Positions 26,905 through 39,331 of a stretch of 64,000 nucleotides of DNA are shown piece after piece. This DNA comes from Nemertoderma westbladi (lineage: Eukaryota > Animalia > Xenacoelomorpha), in the NCBI GenBank assembly GCA_032718475.1, contig JAUCBJ010001454.1:1-64000 (forward strand), read 5' to 3'. The notes under the pieces were generated by a model. The model saw only the letters and a program-made list of their open reading frames with translations, searched no databases and was not told where the DNA came from. The number at the start of each line of letters is the position of its first letter. Within the stretch, counting starts at the first letter, position 1. A program made the translations under genes and the position numbers.

Positions 26905-27046
26905 CCCTCGACACGGACTGCCGACAACCGACAGCAGACCACCGACACGGACTGCCGACAACCAACAGCAGACCACCGACCCGACACGGACTGCCAACAG
27001 CCGACAGCAGACCACCGACACGGACTGCCAACAGCCGACAGCAGAC
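26905..27046. repeat. Degenerate minisatellite (ccgacacggactgcc / ccgacagcagacca)
   Basis: Repeated short GC-rich motifs; a related reverse-complement tract lies at ~30085-30230. Confidence 0.75.
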
Positions 27047-28059
27047 TACTACTACTGCTACTACTGTATATTAGGCCTTTTGTAATGAATCTTTACTTTG
27101 AGATGCTATGTTGGCTGGACAAAAATATTTTTACGACCACTATGTTCCTATGTAATTCAAAAATGGCAAGCAAATGGTTTAGAACCAAAATCTCGTTGTG
27201 TATTCAACTCCTTTATGTTTCACATTAGACCACTGGCGCGGGCATACCACTTCATCTCTTCATAACTCCAATGTAGCATGCTTTGAGAACGTTATGCTGG
27301 CTCATCACCAAAATTGGGCAGCCACACCTCCCTAACCCCCATGACTTTCTCGAGATTTTCCGTATCTTAAATGCCAGTGTCATTTAAGAGGTGTCCCAAG
27401 AAAGTCATACGCATGCAAACTTTCTATGTTGTGCACGTAAATTTTTATACACGGAATTAACATTAAGATTGCGCGCGCGTGCGCAACATGGCCGCTTTTA
27501 TGGGCTTCCGTGATATAGTATATGGTTGGAGATGTGTGCATTGTACTTGACACAATGAACTCGGCGTAGCATTCTTGTGAATGTGCCATCCAGAGATTTG
27601 GTGTCCTCAGCAGTTAGAGCCAATCATAGACTCCCATAGAGGAGTTCTGGAACTACTGCTGCTCTAAATAATCGGACCTTATGTTTCCGATGTATTCTGT
27701 GTGATTTATGAATCCTGGAAAGCCCGTTGGTGTCATTGGCGCCAGAATATCTGGGTGAACCTGGTAATTAGGGTAATTAGACCCAAATTGGTAGGTGTCA
27801 TCGATCAATTAGTACAATTAAACCCTAGTATGACTCCTCATTAGAGTTTAATTGATTATCCTAATTAACTAGGCAGATTGATGCCTTGCCACCCGATGAG
27901 TCATCAGTGGGGTCCAAGTGGCGCCCAAGGAAGGTGTCATTAATGACACATTATAACTACTTTCCTAATTACTTGAATTATTTACAATTCGTGTATACAA
28001 TTCCACGCAGGGGGCTGTAGAAACCCACACACATGCACTAACTCGCCCCAATCTCGCAT

Positions 28060-28225
28060 ATTGAATAGGATAATCTTGAATCTTGAGGCTCGTTATGCCA
28101 AGCAATGCCTGTTCACCACCATGGGTGATCTTCCACAGTAATCCCTTCCACTCTGTTTCCCAAGCTGCCTTGGTTCCGATTTATCGACCACTGAAGAATG
28201 AAAGCCAGGGTTGGGCTAGGCTTCA
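28060..28225 (-). mobile_element. SINE-like fragment
   Basis: Minus strand gctttcattcttcagtggtcgataaatcggaacc resembles the central block of the SINE at 47826. Confidence 0.4.
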
Positions 28226-28499
28226 GCATTTAAGCACTACTGTTGGTCTGCTGCCCAATCTTGCATATTATCTCCACGATCACAGTCACCAATACCAAAC
28301 CATTTTTCATCACCAATTTACATCAACAACAGCACCTTCCATACTGGGAGCCAATCCTATTTAGATTCCCTAAGTGTAACGCTGGTACAGAGTTACCCCA
28401 CTCCCATCACAGAGAGTAGTACTAGAATAGGAGCAGAATTTTCAGTTGGTGGTTCTCATTTTCACGTTGCAGTCACTCGAACCCATTCTGCTAGCCCCA

Positions 28500-30085
28500 G
28501 ACCCGGTAGAGACAATCCCCGTCCCCGCCTCAATTTGCTTCACAACCTTCAGGCGTTTCTGGGACCAGTTTATCTGCCTCCTCTGAAAACTCTGTCTCGC
28601 AAAACCAGATGACTAGGGCCTATGGAGCGCCATTGGTTGGAAAGGGAGCCACCCTCGACGTTCTGCTTCACCAGTGGAGGTGGGCCACATAGCTTCATGA
28701 TCCAAAGTATCAACTGCCAGGTGGCGCCATTGGCTGTGAAGTACTGAAATTATTAGTTTAAGAGGCAACGACCTTTATAAATGCCCTCCAGGACAACGCC
28801 TTTGGAGCAAGATCTGAAAGGATCTTGCTTGCAGTCTACCTTCTACTTAAAAGTCACCCTAAGGCCATCAAAGTGTTCGACATCTATCACCTTCTCTCTG
28901 AAAGTATCGAGTTGTGGAGATCCAGACAGCTCGGGGCCCTCCTTCAGGAGACTGAGCGCTGCTCCTCCAAATATAGTTACAGTCGCAGCAGCAGAGGTGC
29001 TCCCAATGAGGAGAAGGTGCCCAACCCCCGGATATCCACACGTATGATGTTAGAATGGCAAGTGTGAAGGGCGGTGACGTAGGTGCCTGAATGCGAGACT
29101 GGAGGCGTACTAGATCCCAATAATGAAACTATCAATGGGGTCCGCTCCGCAGGGCCACAGTCCTGCAGGTTCTCCAAGGAAAGCACCCAGCAACTTCCAC
29201 GGTTCAGACTCCACCCACTGGTGGGACTTTCTCCTGAGCTACAGGGTACATAATGCTCAGATATGTTATCAATTGCTGGGATAATCTGCTGTATTGCCAA
29301 CACCATTATCCCATCCGGCCATTCCCTCCTATCTCGCCGCCTTATTGCGTTGGATATATGACCAGGGGTGCTGCTAATCAGAATCAGGGAATGCCTGCGC
29401 CGAATAATGGCCCATTCCATGGTTGAAGCTACTGGAGATGATGTGACAACAAAATGTGGTGCGAGCAGCTGTGCAGTCCACTCGATGTCTAGTGGACTGC
29501 AGTGAGTGCTGCAGTCCACTCGATGGCAAGCATTTTCGAGGAGCGAGCCAATCATGGAAGGGGAGTCATCATGGAGGACGCATCCAGTGCTTTCAATCGT
29601 TGAAATCGGGTAGCAGCCTTGGCAATTGTAGCCTCGTTGTTCACTGTTCGTATTTAATTTCTATCGAGGCCACAGCATTCTCATTGTTCGATGAACTGAG
29701 ACGATTCTCTTAATTCGCTTTAGCGAGGAAGAAGTAACTCTGGGGGACCCGCTGGCCATGTTATTATATGCGGCAAGCTTCCTACCCGTCATCCTCAAGC
29801 TCCAGGACCCACAGGTAATACATAAGTGGTTTGCTGACGCAGCAGGCAAACTCTCAGATTTTCTCCCATGGTTTGAGAAACTCGAGGTTATTGGCCCCAA
29901 TGCAGGTTACTACCCTGGTGCTTCCTGGTTGTGGCCCCAGGTTTAGTCGAGGAGGCGAAGAGGGTGTTCTCCTGGCTCTATATAAATATTGTAACTGGCC
30001 ATCGTTTTCTTGGATGTTTCTTCAGGAGAATGCTGATCGGTCCTTATTTGTGAGAGCCAAGGTCACCGGATGGGTTGCAGCCGTT
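28500..30085 (+). mobile_element. Degraded CRE-like non-LTR retrotransposon RT
   Basis: Remnants RRLIALD..PGV..IRIRECLRRI, GDPLAMLLYA, WFADAAG, GPNAGYYP; many frameshifts. Boundaries approximate. Confidence 0.6.
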
Positions 30086-30535
30086 TGTTATCTGATATTG
30101 GTTGTTTGCTGTCGATTGGCTGCTGTTGTTTGTTTACTGTCTGCTGTCGATTGTCTGCTGACGGTTTTCAAAAGGTCGGTTGTCTGAATGGTCTACTGAC
30201 AGTTATCTGTTGTAGGTTATCTGCTGTTGGCTATTGGTGTAACATTAAAATCCGTGTTGGAATAAGGGGGTGGGGAAGCCCTTCCCACATTTATAGATAC
30301 AGTGTGTTATATTATAGTAGATGTGATGGTTCATAGTTTATATAAAATACCCTTACATTATAGCTGAGTGGATTACGAAGGTTGAAGGGCAATTACTAAT
30401 ACTAATCATTTAAGTACTAATAACTATTAATACTACTTATTAATATTACTAATAAACTGCTACTTTATGTCAAATTATTAGACGACGTAACTGAATAATA
30501 GAGGCATCTGCATTTGATAATGGGATGTTACAACT

Positions 30536-31261
30536 ATGCGTCTTTATAAGACAGCATCACTATTGGCTCTTTGCAACCTACTAAACACAACCATCTGTTA
30601 CGGTGGTTTCACCTGCTATAGCGAATCTAAAATAACATTTAATGCAACTACTGAGAGGCTAAAACAGGAGTTAAATGACAAATTTACGAGACTACTAAAT
30701 AGCAATCAGGAATGGTTAGAATACAATCGGTACACAACAACACACCATGATATCAGATACATTCAACACAATTGCAAAGAATGTGCCAATTACTTATCTC
30801 GAAACATCGCAGTTGACGGTGAGACAGGGGATGAGGTCATGTATGAAAATTTTTTGGAACTCTGCGTAAGGAATGAGAGCGATAATGCCTGGGATAGATT
30901 TTGCATGGCTCTGGATGAAGACAGATGTCCAGCATTTATGCAACAGTATGAAGAAGGGTTTAAAATTAACCAACAGAGTTTCGAGGACGTGGAAACAGAC
31001 CAGGATGATTTCATGAGAGTTGCTTTCGCTATTAGGGACTATATGCTACACGGATTCGAAGAGAAGTACAAATCGTGTCAGATTAAATGTTGTCCTGGTG
31101 AGTGTCAAACTCCAGTGTGGGAGGTGAATATGGCTACAACAACTACCTTGGCGGCGGTGGAAGAAACCACAACAGTTGAGACGACAGCAAGCAATTCAGT
31201 TGTTGATACTCCGGTAATTCAGGTGGTTTTGGTGGTGGTTACATTTACTGGAGTATTCTAG
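30536..31261 (+). CDS. Intronless secreted cysteine-rich protein with Thr-rich stalk and hydrophobic C-terminus (probably GPI-anchored; Ly6/uPAR-like cysteine pattern)
   Basis: 241-aa open frame in very AT-rich flanks; signal-peptide-like N-terminus, FTCY start, 10 Cys ending CCPGEC, then TTTT...ETTT stalk and VIQVVLVVVTFTGVF end. Confidence 0.8.
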   Translation: MRLYKTASLLALCNLLNTTICYGGFTCYSESKITFNATTERLKQELNDKFTRLLNSNQEWLEYNRYTTTHHDIRYIQHNCKECANYLSRNIAVDGETGDEVMYENFLELCVRNESDNAWDRFCMALDEDRCPAFMQQYEEGFKINQQSFEDVETDQDDFMRVAFAIRDYMLHGFEEKYKSCQIKCCPGECQTPVWEVNMATTTTLAAVEETTTVETTASNSVVDTPVIQVVLVVVTFTGVF

Positions 31262-31479
31262 AAACATAATTAACTTTAATCACACTTTAATTTTAATCGT
31301 AACACCACGTGTCCTTTAATAAAACTACCTGCGGGAGAATCTGTTTGTGCAAAGTACCACAAGATGGCGTGAAGCTTTGGCTAAAAAATTCAATCGCATT
31401 TTAGTTTTTCCCAAGTCCAGTATCCCCCTTCACAAGTTATCTATATATTTCATACGCTTTAGGTCCATGAGTACAACGA

Positions 31480-31790
31480 GTCAAAGGGAACAAAACGAGT
31501 CAAAGGGTTACAGCAGGAAAGGGTACAATGAGACAAATGTACAACAGGAAAGGGTACAACGAGACAAAGGGAACAAAACGAGTCAAAGGGTACAACATGA
31601 AAGGGTACAACGAGACAAAGGGTACAAACCAGGCGGTCAAATGGTACAAAACAGGACGTCAAAGGGTACAAAACAGGACGTCAAAGGGTATAAAAAAAAC
31701 GAGTCAAAGTGTACAACATCAAAGGGTACGGGTCAAAGGGAACAAAACGATTCAAAGTGTACAACATTAAATGGTACAACGAATGGTAAA
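31480..31790. repeat. Degenerate tandem repeat around aaagggtacaa
   Basis: Roughly 20-bp periodic motif; explains ORFs 31347-31832. Confidence 0.8.
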
Positions 31791-33179
31791 AAACGAACAA
31801 ATGGTATAACTAATTTCTTATTTATTCAATAGCCAAATACTGGTATAGCATTTATATATATACCATTCCTACATATTTCCGTTGTCTACCAGATGGACTA
31901 ATAAAGCCAGTCAAATATCTCGAAAGCCACGGGGCACCAAATCAAAATTTTGATTTTTTTGGGCTTTTTGGGCCAAGAGTAAATGATAATTATGATAGGC
32001 ATTGTTTGGGATTCATTTTGAAATTGTGGTAGATAAAGGGTTAAGTTAAGTATGACATCTTTAGTTTTACAATACCCTTGTCCTTCATTAGCCTCGTTGC
32101 GCTCGTCCTGTTTTGTCTTAAAATAATTTTCCTAAACGGAGACTAACGACCTTTATAACTGTGCAAAGTCTCGAAACTGTGAGTAACTGCTGATTTATGG
32201 CAGATGGATACTCGTATCCACTGTAAACTCGTTGCGTTCGTTTGATTTTTGACCAAACTTGAGATTCTTTCTAAACTTTTGCCGGACTACACACGTACCA
32301 AGTTTCGTTTAATTTCATCAAGGAATACCCGAGTTATTAGCGATCAAAGACAACGACGACGACGACAGACAACTCGCCAATGGCACCCATATGCTAAGGC
32401 TTTGCTCACTTCGTGGCGCGCCCCACGACCATCCCACAACTCATCCAATAAAAATCAAACCATCTACTAAATTTTAAGAACATTAAGCGATATTAAATTA
32501 TCTGGAAAACCACACTGTGACTATATTATATCCAAAATATCTAATATTATAGGGATTTTTTATAAATCGCGATACATATTTCCTTTAAATATACAGTACA
32601 TAGACTTATTTTTACTACTCCTAAAATTATTGTCCGTCCATCACTTCCAGTCTCGATTTTCAAGTTTTTGACTTTTGGTTTTCATCCGTTTGTAACATTT
32701 TGCAAATAAACGAATGATAAAACCCCGTAATGCATTATTAATGAATTAGAATAGCTACAGTACATGATTTTTGGCAAAAACCCTTAACTATATTTTTGGT
32801 TTTTATAGAGTATTATTCGAATGGATTGAAGATCTGAAAAGGTCCATTAATGGAATGGATCAGGTTACATTGACACGTTAGTCTAACCAAAACAATAAAT
32901 CAGAGGAGTACTCTGCGTTGATACCACTGCTTAAGCAGTGGTATCAACGCAGAGTACTACGTTTTTATTGATAATATGCCCACCTGCTGGCAGTGTTTGT
33001 TGGAACTATAGATACAGTACACCGTCCTACCAAACTAATTTAACTGCACGCTTTATTTATGAGAGAACAGAGCATATAGCCATCAAGGGAGGCCTGAATC
33101 AGCACTGCAATAGTTGGATTATTGATGGTGAATTTTAATTTCATCTTTCTGGTTCTGGATATTCCATAAGAATATCGAA

Positions 33180-34020
33180 ATTAGAGACGGGGGCGGGGGG
33201 GGGGGGGGACTGGACGCAAATCCCATCTCGGCGAATTAATATCCCGCCCCTATGTTCTAATTCTCAATTTAGGGAAAGGAGCAGGTTACAGTGGCGCGTT
33301 ATTCTAACCAAAACAATAAACGAAACACAATAGAGACAGGTTACATTACAGTTTTATTTTTGGGAGTGAATCAGCTGTTATTTGCGTCGAATTTCCCCTG
33401 GAGAGGGATGGATTTTTATTGCGTTGAAAGTCCCCCCATTTGCGTAATTCCATAAGCACCTAAAATAACATTAAATAACTGCTGAAACCCGTAAGAAGGA
33501 GCCTAAAAGTATGAGAATTTGTTGTTGAATATAGGAGATTGGGAGACTAACTCTAAAACGTCCTAACGTCCCTCGCAATATGTCTATCTCTGGTCGGTCA
33601 ATATGTAACCAATGTCTTCTAATATATTTTCGTCACTACAAAAAATATCTAGAGATTTCCCTGGTTGGTGATTCCATTTCCGATGTCATTTTTACGTTAG
33701 ACGGAAAATAAACTCTCAGTCGCTTATATTTTTACAGATACTGTAGGCATATAGATTACATTCATTCAAACATGAAAACTGGAGACAGGGGGGAAACTGC
33801 CAATCTTACCTTAAGAAAATCCCATCTTTGCGAATAATATCCCGCCTCAATGTTAAACTCTCAATTTAGGGAAAGGATCAGGTTACAGTGGCACGTTATT
33901 TTAACCAAAACAATAAACTAAACACAATAGAACATGTTACAGTTTTATTTTTGCTCGTAAACAGCTGTTATTTTCCCCGGAGAGGGATGAATTTTTATTG
34001 CGTCCGTTTCCCCCCCTATC
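33180..34020 (+). repeat. Two diverged direct copies (~33180-33440, ~33780-34020) of a dispersed repeat
   Basis: Shared aatcccatct..atcccgcc..ctcaatttagggaaagga..aaccaaaacaataaac..ggagagggatg blocks. Confidence 0.8.
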
Positions 34021-34131
34021 TGGAAAACTGACATCGGAAATGAAAAAAGTTTCATTTTTTATATTTGTTGGACAGACCGTCAAATGCAGTAGTCATGGAA
34101 ACAATTTAGAAACATATAAATTATTTTTTAG

Positions 34132-34283
34132 ATCCCCACTTCAAGGAGAGCAGTTTCTCTATGCTCCGTAACGATGACTCAGACGATGACACATTATACC
34201 GGACCACCAGTCCTAACGGTAAAGCCCACACGTTGCGTGGGAACGTCGTTGATGACGTAGACGACGAAGAGGAGAGTGATTAG
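34132..34283 (+). CDS. Probable terminal exon of a host gene (acidic C-terminal tail)
   Basis: ttattttttAG acceptor, phase 1, 50 codons DPHFKESSFSMLRNDDSDDDTLYRTTSPNGKAHTLRGNVVDDVDDEEESD*; GC content above flanks; aataaa at 34665. Missing from the ORF track. Confidence 0.65.
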
Positions 34284-34811
34284 GGTAGAGTGCAATCCTC
34301 CAATCGCAGTAGACCCAGTAGTGTAATACTAACATATTGCTGCTATAGTAACAAACCATGTCCAATGAACATTATTGGTGCGGTATTAGCTCATTCATAA
34401 CATTGTAGTTTATAGTGTAAAGATGTATTTTTGCTGCAACTATAAAATTCCATTCATTAATGAATTAGGTTGTTATTTATTTTTCTCGTGTTTCAATGTA
34501 TTAATTATGTACTTAAAGTCAATATTATATTGGAGATTGTATTAATCCAATATCATATATTCGAAATTAACTGTGAAATTGCTCTTATGACCAATTTGAC
34601 AGTTTTTAGCCGAACACTAATTTCGCATTGACTTCATATGATGCCGGTAATATTGTGTGCTCGTAATAAATGATTTAGTAGCTGATTGTCACTAATTATT
34701 ATCACTGTTGCTCCGCCCGGGTTCCTGCAGCTATTATTAGTTTGTTCGTGGCCGCCTGGGTTTGTGGTTAGAATGTTTGAACGTAAATAAATAATTATTT
34801 AATCAGAATTT

Positions 34812-37163
34812 CTACAGGGCCATCGTGTTATTTAATATCAAATTATCGGTATATAAATTTCTCGGATTATGATCAGTTCTATAGGGAATATCATTATCAA
34901 CAGGTCTATAATTACCCTTAATAGGGTTCACTATAGGAGTTTCTACTTCGCTAGCAGTATATATGCGTGTAGGCTCCACACCTTGCGCATGAGATACTTC
35001 AGACCTAACAGGTTGACACATTGTTACAGAGGGTGGTGGTATACCCTTTTTTAAGTTTACTAATTTATCGCGTTCAAGCGCGATACTTTGCTGCACTTCT
35101 TGCAACTCTAGCCTACTTTCCCTTACTGTGCCCTTGAATTGCTGGACAGTCTCCTGCATCTGCCCGAGCAGGATATCCATCCCCCGCCGTCTCTCGTCCA
35201 CCCATTCGACCGCCGAAGCGGGAGTCGCCAACGTTGTAGCGGGCGGACGAGGGACAACGGGCGACAAATTGTGAATATTTCGCTCGGGGTCCAGGACCTG
35301 AACTGTCTCCTGGGCAGTTCTGCGGGGCACAGGTAGCTTAGTGCTATGCAGAGGGAATTTAGAGGTAGTTTCAGGGAGCACAGGTATGTCTATCACCGAA
35401 GGGGTGATTTCAAGAACAGGCCTAATTATTTCAGGCTCATCTACTATAGTAGGGAGTCTTTCTATTGTAATTATTTGGTCTGTGGGTTCTGTACTCTCTA
35501 AGTTGTTGTTATTTAGTTGCCTTCTAACAGCTGGAGGCAAATCAGGCAATTTCGGTCGGTGGAATGTTCTTTTACGTCTGCTTAAGCGGGATCGATTTAC
35601 TCCGCCTTCAGTGTCGGTGGTATCGCCTTCCTCGGATGATGTATAACCTTGTCGTTTAGGAGTAGATCGATTCATCATCTGCATATTACTAGCTGTTAAC
35701 TGTTTATTTATGCAGTCTTGATTCTCCTGAATGTTTTCCAATTCTAATTGGGTGGTTTCTTCAGCCGCTTTCCGTTCTGCTTCTGCCACTTTTGCCTCTG
35801 CCGCTGCCTCTGCCTCTGCCGCTTTTGCCTCTGCCGCTGCCTCTGCTGCTTTTGCCTCTGCCGCTGCCTCTGCCGCTTTTGCCTTGGCCGCTGCCTCTGC
35901 CGCTTTTGCCTTGGCCGCTACCTCTGCCGCCTTTGCCTTGGCCGCTGCCGCCTTTCTTTCTGCTTCTGCAGCTACCACTGCTGCTTTCTTTCTGTCTTCT
36001 ATGCGTTTTTTCTTTACTTGTTCTTCCCTTTCTCTAGCGATGCGGAGTTGTTCATCGAATTTAGCTTGGTTCGCCGCTAACCTATCCACATCAATCGCAT
36101 CTAACACAAGTTTGGCTCCTTCGCTATTAGGGCTAAGTCCCTCTAGTCTTCTCCTCAACTCTTCATCTCCCACAAAACGCTGATAGTCTGACAGATAGAT
36201 ATCAATGGCATCCTTCTTATGCGGTTTCTCTGCCGTCGCTTCACTTTCCACTTGGGAAAAAGTAGCGTCTGTTGATTCTCCATGGGTTGAGCGCTCCTCC
36301 AACTGAGCCTTCCACTGAGCTGCTCCTTGAACCTGGCGACTCACCCGTTGAAACCAAGTCTTTACGGCAACTTGCAACGACGTGTCTTGTCTTCTTTTAG
36401 AAGCCTCCTCAAAGGCGGATAAGATTAGCCTAATTCGTAGAACTCTTTCTCTAACTTGATAAAGCAGCGATCCCTGCTCTTGAGGTCCTTGAGGTTGTTT
36501 AAACAGTTGTCTTTCTACTCGCTCCATAGAGCTGAAGAATCCCTGGGCGTATCCGGCTGCGGACCTCTTCCATACAGCTGGATCGATGGTTTCCTTGGCT
36601 ACTCCCATCCGGTGTATGTCTTCCCAGGCAGCTTCTGATAAATCAAACGGGAGTCCGGGTCCGGGGAAGTTCCATTGCGACTCGACAATAGACTTCAGTT
36701 CTTCACTAGTGTATCCCGCGTAGTTATCTCTAGTTGACCGTTGACTTCTCGCCCAATCGATCTGGTGTTCTTCCACCGCGATCAATAACCCAGCGAGCAC
36801 GGCTGCAGGAAGGATGAGAAGGGGATCCGTATAAACCGCATCCGTCATCTCTGCTCCGCTCTCGGGTGTCAGCTCTACAGTATCCTCACTACTGGAGCTG
36901 CTGGGCCGCTGAGGAATAAGTTCTTGACTAGTGGGTTGTTGCTGTTCCGCTGCCTTTTGGTCCCGCTTGACCTGAGCTCGGGTGCCTATGATAGACCTAC
37001 GATGTTGGACCAGCCTAGGTTCTGTTATTACTACTGGAGGGATGACCTTCCTCACAGTGGGAGGTGAACTGGATTTACGACCAGACGTTTGTACGTCTCT
37101 ATCTGAGTCGCAGATAGTTACATCTAATAAACTGTCTGACAGGTTCTGCTTAGTATCAGACAT
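34812..37163 (-). CDS. 783-aa first ORF of a large LTR element (probable N-terminal part of Gag), coiled-coil with AAEAKA repeats
   Basis: Long open frame about 2.2 kb downstream of the LTR on the same strand; no recognisable catalytic motif; degenerates at its 3' end. Confidence 0.65.
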   Translation of the reverse strand: MSDTKQNLSDSLLDVTICDSDRDVQTSGRKSSSPPTVRKVIPPVVITEPRLVQHRRSIIGTRAQVKRDQKAAEQQQPTSQELIPQRPSSSSSEDTVELTPESGAEMTDAVYTDPLLILPAAVLAGLLIAVEEHQIDWARSQRSTRDNYAGYTSEELKSIVESQWNFPGPGLPFDLSEAAWEDIHRMGVAKETIDPAVWKRSAAGYAQGFFSSMERVERQLFKQPQGPQEQGSLLYQVRERVLRIRLILSAFEEASKRRQDTSLQVAVKTWFQRVSRQVQGAAQWKAQLEERSTHGESTDATFSQVESEATAEKPHKKDAIDIYLSDYQRFVGDEELRRRLEGLSPNSEGAKLVLDAIDVDRLAANQAKFDEQLRIAREREEQVKKKRIEDRKKAAVVAAEAERKAAAAKAKAAEVAAKAKAAEAAAKAKAAEAAAEAKAAEAAAEAKAAEAEAAAEAKVAEAERKAAEETTQLELENIQENQDCINKQLTASNMQMMNRSTPKRQGYTSSEEGDTTDTEGGVNRSRLSRRKRTFHRPKLPDLPPAVRRQLNNNNLESTEPTDQIITIERLPTIVDEPEIIRPVLEITPSVIDIPVLPETTSKFPLHSTKLPVPRRTAQETVQVLDPERNIHNLSPVVPRPPATTLATPASAVEWVDERRRGMDILLGQMQETVQQFKGTVRESRLELQEVQQSIALERDKLVNLKKGIPPPSVTMCQPVRSEVSHAQGVEPTRIYTASEVETPIVNPIKGNYRPVDNDIPYRTDHNPRNLYTDNLILNNTMAL

Positions 37164-38509
37164 GACTATGTATACCGTTGAATGTCTACTGCTGTATTAC
37201 AGTCTAAGCAAGTCTAGTAACTCAGTATGAACTGCTAGCCTAGTAATTAATTACCGTTACTGCTACTCAGTGTAGCGTGATATATATATAATATATTAGA
37301 ATACCGGTATACTTATAGTATATATAACTATATAAGTATTATTACAGACTAGGTTTATCACAGAATACCGGTATAATTTTAGCACAAATATATATAAATA
37401 TATAATAGGCCTATCGGAATACCGGTATACAGCTTACAGTTTGTAGGATATATAATTCTGAAATAGAATTAATTACAAGTACCGGTATAATTTCAGCCTA
37501 GATTTATAGAAATAAAGATAATAGGCCTATCGTAAATACCGGTATATCAATTATTTCAAATAATTGAATTTCTGTTACTTTAGGGTTACTTTGTTACTTT
37601 ACTTACTTTATTACCGTTATTTGAGCAGTAATCCAACTGATATTGAGACCTAATTGTTATATGGTAGGCCTACTATTTATAAATCGTTAGATTTGATTTA
37701 TAATTTATATATACCCGTTTTAATGGGTTTTGTCAATGTTTGAAATAAATGTTATTATTTCTGGGGGTAATCACTACACAAAGCGGTGCGCTTTCAGTGA
37801 AGTGTTACGTATAGGACACTAAAACAAATAATTCTAATTTACCTAAGTTACTTAATACTACAAATTACGTACAATTCGGGTGAGATTACAATCTCTAAAT
37901 AAATGCAAAAATTTACAAAAACGCAAAATACGAATTTTTAGGGTAATTTTACAAGAAGTCTACAAACCAGCCTAACAAAGGGTTAGAAAACCGGTTATTA
38001 CACGGACAGGGTACTACGGTATTTGAAATAATAAGTAGTAGTAAATACACTGCGTTGTCTAGATAGGAAAATGCCACCGCCTGACGACCTATAGCCGTAT
38101 CGCTATAGGTTCTACGTTATGTATCACGGAGTGTTCCTACCTAGAAGTTAATAGAGCTAATCGAATGTGCCTATCAACCACTTTACAACACAGATATAAT
38201 GCCTACAATAATTACTTCGGAAAGTACGGTACACTAAACCCTAAATTAGGTACGAGTACTTGTATAACAAATAATCAGTAGTTAAATATACTTGAACAGC
38301 TAAAAGAACCACGGCATCTGCTGGAGTGACCGATGCACAAAATCACCAGTCTTTACCTACGCCGAGCAGCCCGTGTAGTACCGGGGTTAATTTAACTATA
38401 ACGGTATGTATAACAAACACAATTACTGTAGGAACAAACTTAGGGACTTGAATGTTGCGAATAATCGCATAAACTCTGAATAATAAATATTACGCTACGC
38501 GTACAAACT

Positions 38510-39055
38510 ACTCAAACAAAATACAGACCGAACACTGACAGACTACTATCAAGCCTAAACAAACTACGGTATATGCAGACTCCGAAATGATTAGGGAGTA
38601 TGCGCTCTAACCCAGTAGTGCGACTTATTCTTTAGTTGGGGGTTTACCTTACAGCGTTCGCTGCCCCTACTGCCTAATCGTACTTAATCGGACAGATGAT
38701 CTACACACGCGGCAATCCGTTCAGACCTAATAACAGCCAGACAACTATCCAGCCTACAAATTATCTAAATAAAATTATACGCTACCCGTACAGACTTACA
38801 CAAACAAAGCACAGACTAAACGATGGCAGACTACTCTCAAGCCTAAATAAACTACAGGACATGCAGACTCCGAAATGATTAGGGAGTATGCGCTCTAACC
38901 CAGTAGTGCGACTTATTCTTTAGTTGGGGGTTTACCTTACAGCGTGGCTGCCCCTACTTCCTAACCGTACTTAATCGGACAAGTGCTCTACACACACTGC
39001 AATTCGTTCGGACTTAACAGCAATCAGACAACAGCTCAGCCTACAAATTGTCTGT
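38510..39055. repeat. ~288-bp direct duplication in the leader of the large LTR element
   Basis: atgcagactccgaaatgattagggagtatgcg... at 38573 and 38861; aataccggtata-type motifs also recur at 37300-37545. Confidence 0.88.
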
Positions 39056-39331
39056 ACAATCTGATCAGGTTTACACGCCTTCTGTTCAATACTGGCCTAC
39101 AAATAAATAAAACTGACAGAAATAGGCCTAAGTAAAATCCCAATAAAAACCAGGCGTCCCCGATTAATTATTAAGACCTACCGGCATATATAATCAAATC
39201 GAATAATACTGCTGTACTTATACGGAAGTAGGTACCGGTCCGGATGATCAGGCAGTCAGGCCTACTGGTTACCGGTCGACCGGTACTTTCGACTTTATTG
39301 CTTACTGCAATAAAGAAGCTATATCCTTTAA

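Noticed and set aside
35731-36183. Ala/Ser-, Cys- and Pro/Leu-rich + strand ORFs
   Set aside because: Antisense shadows of the AAEAKA repeat.
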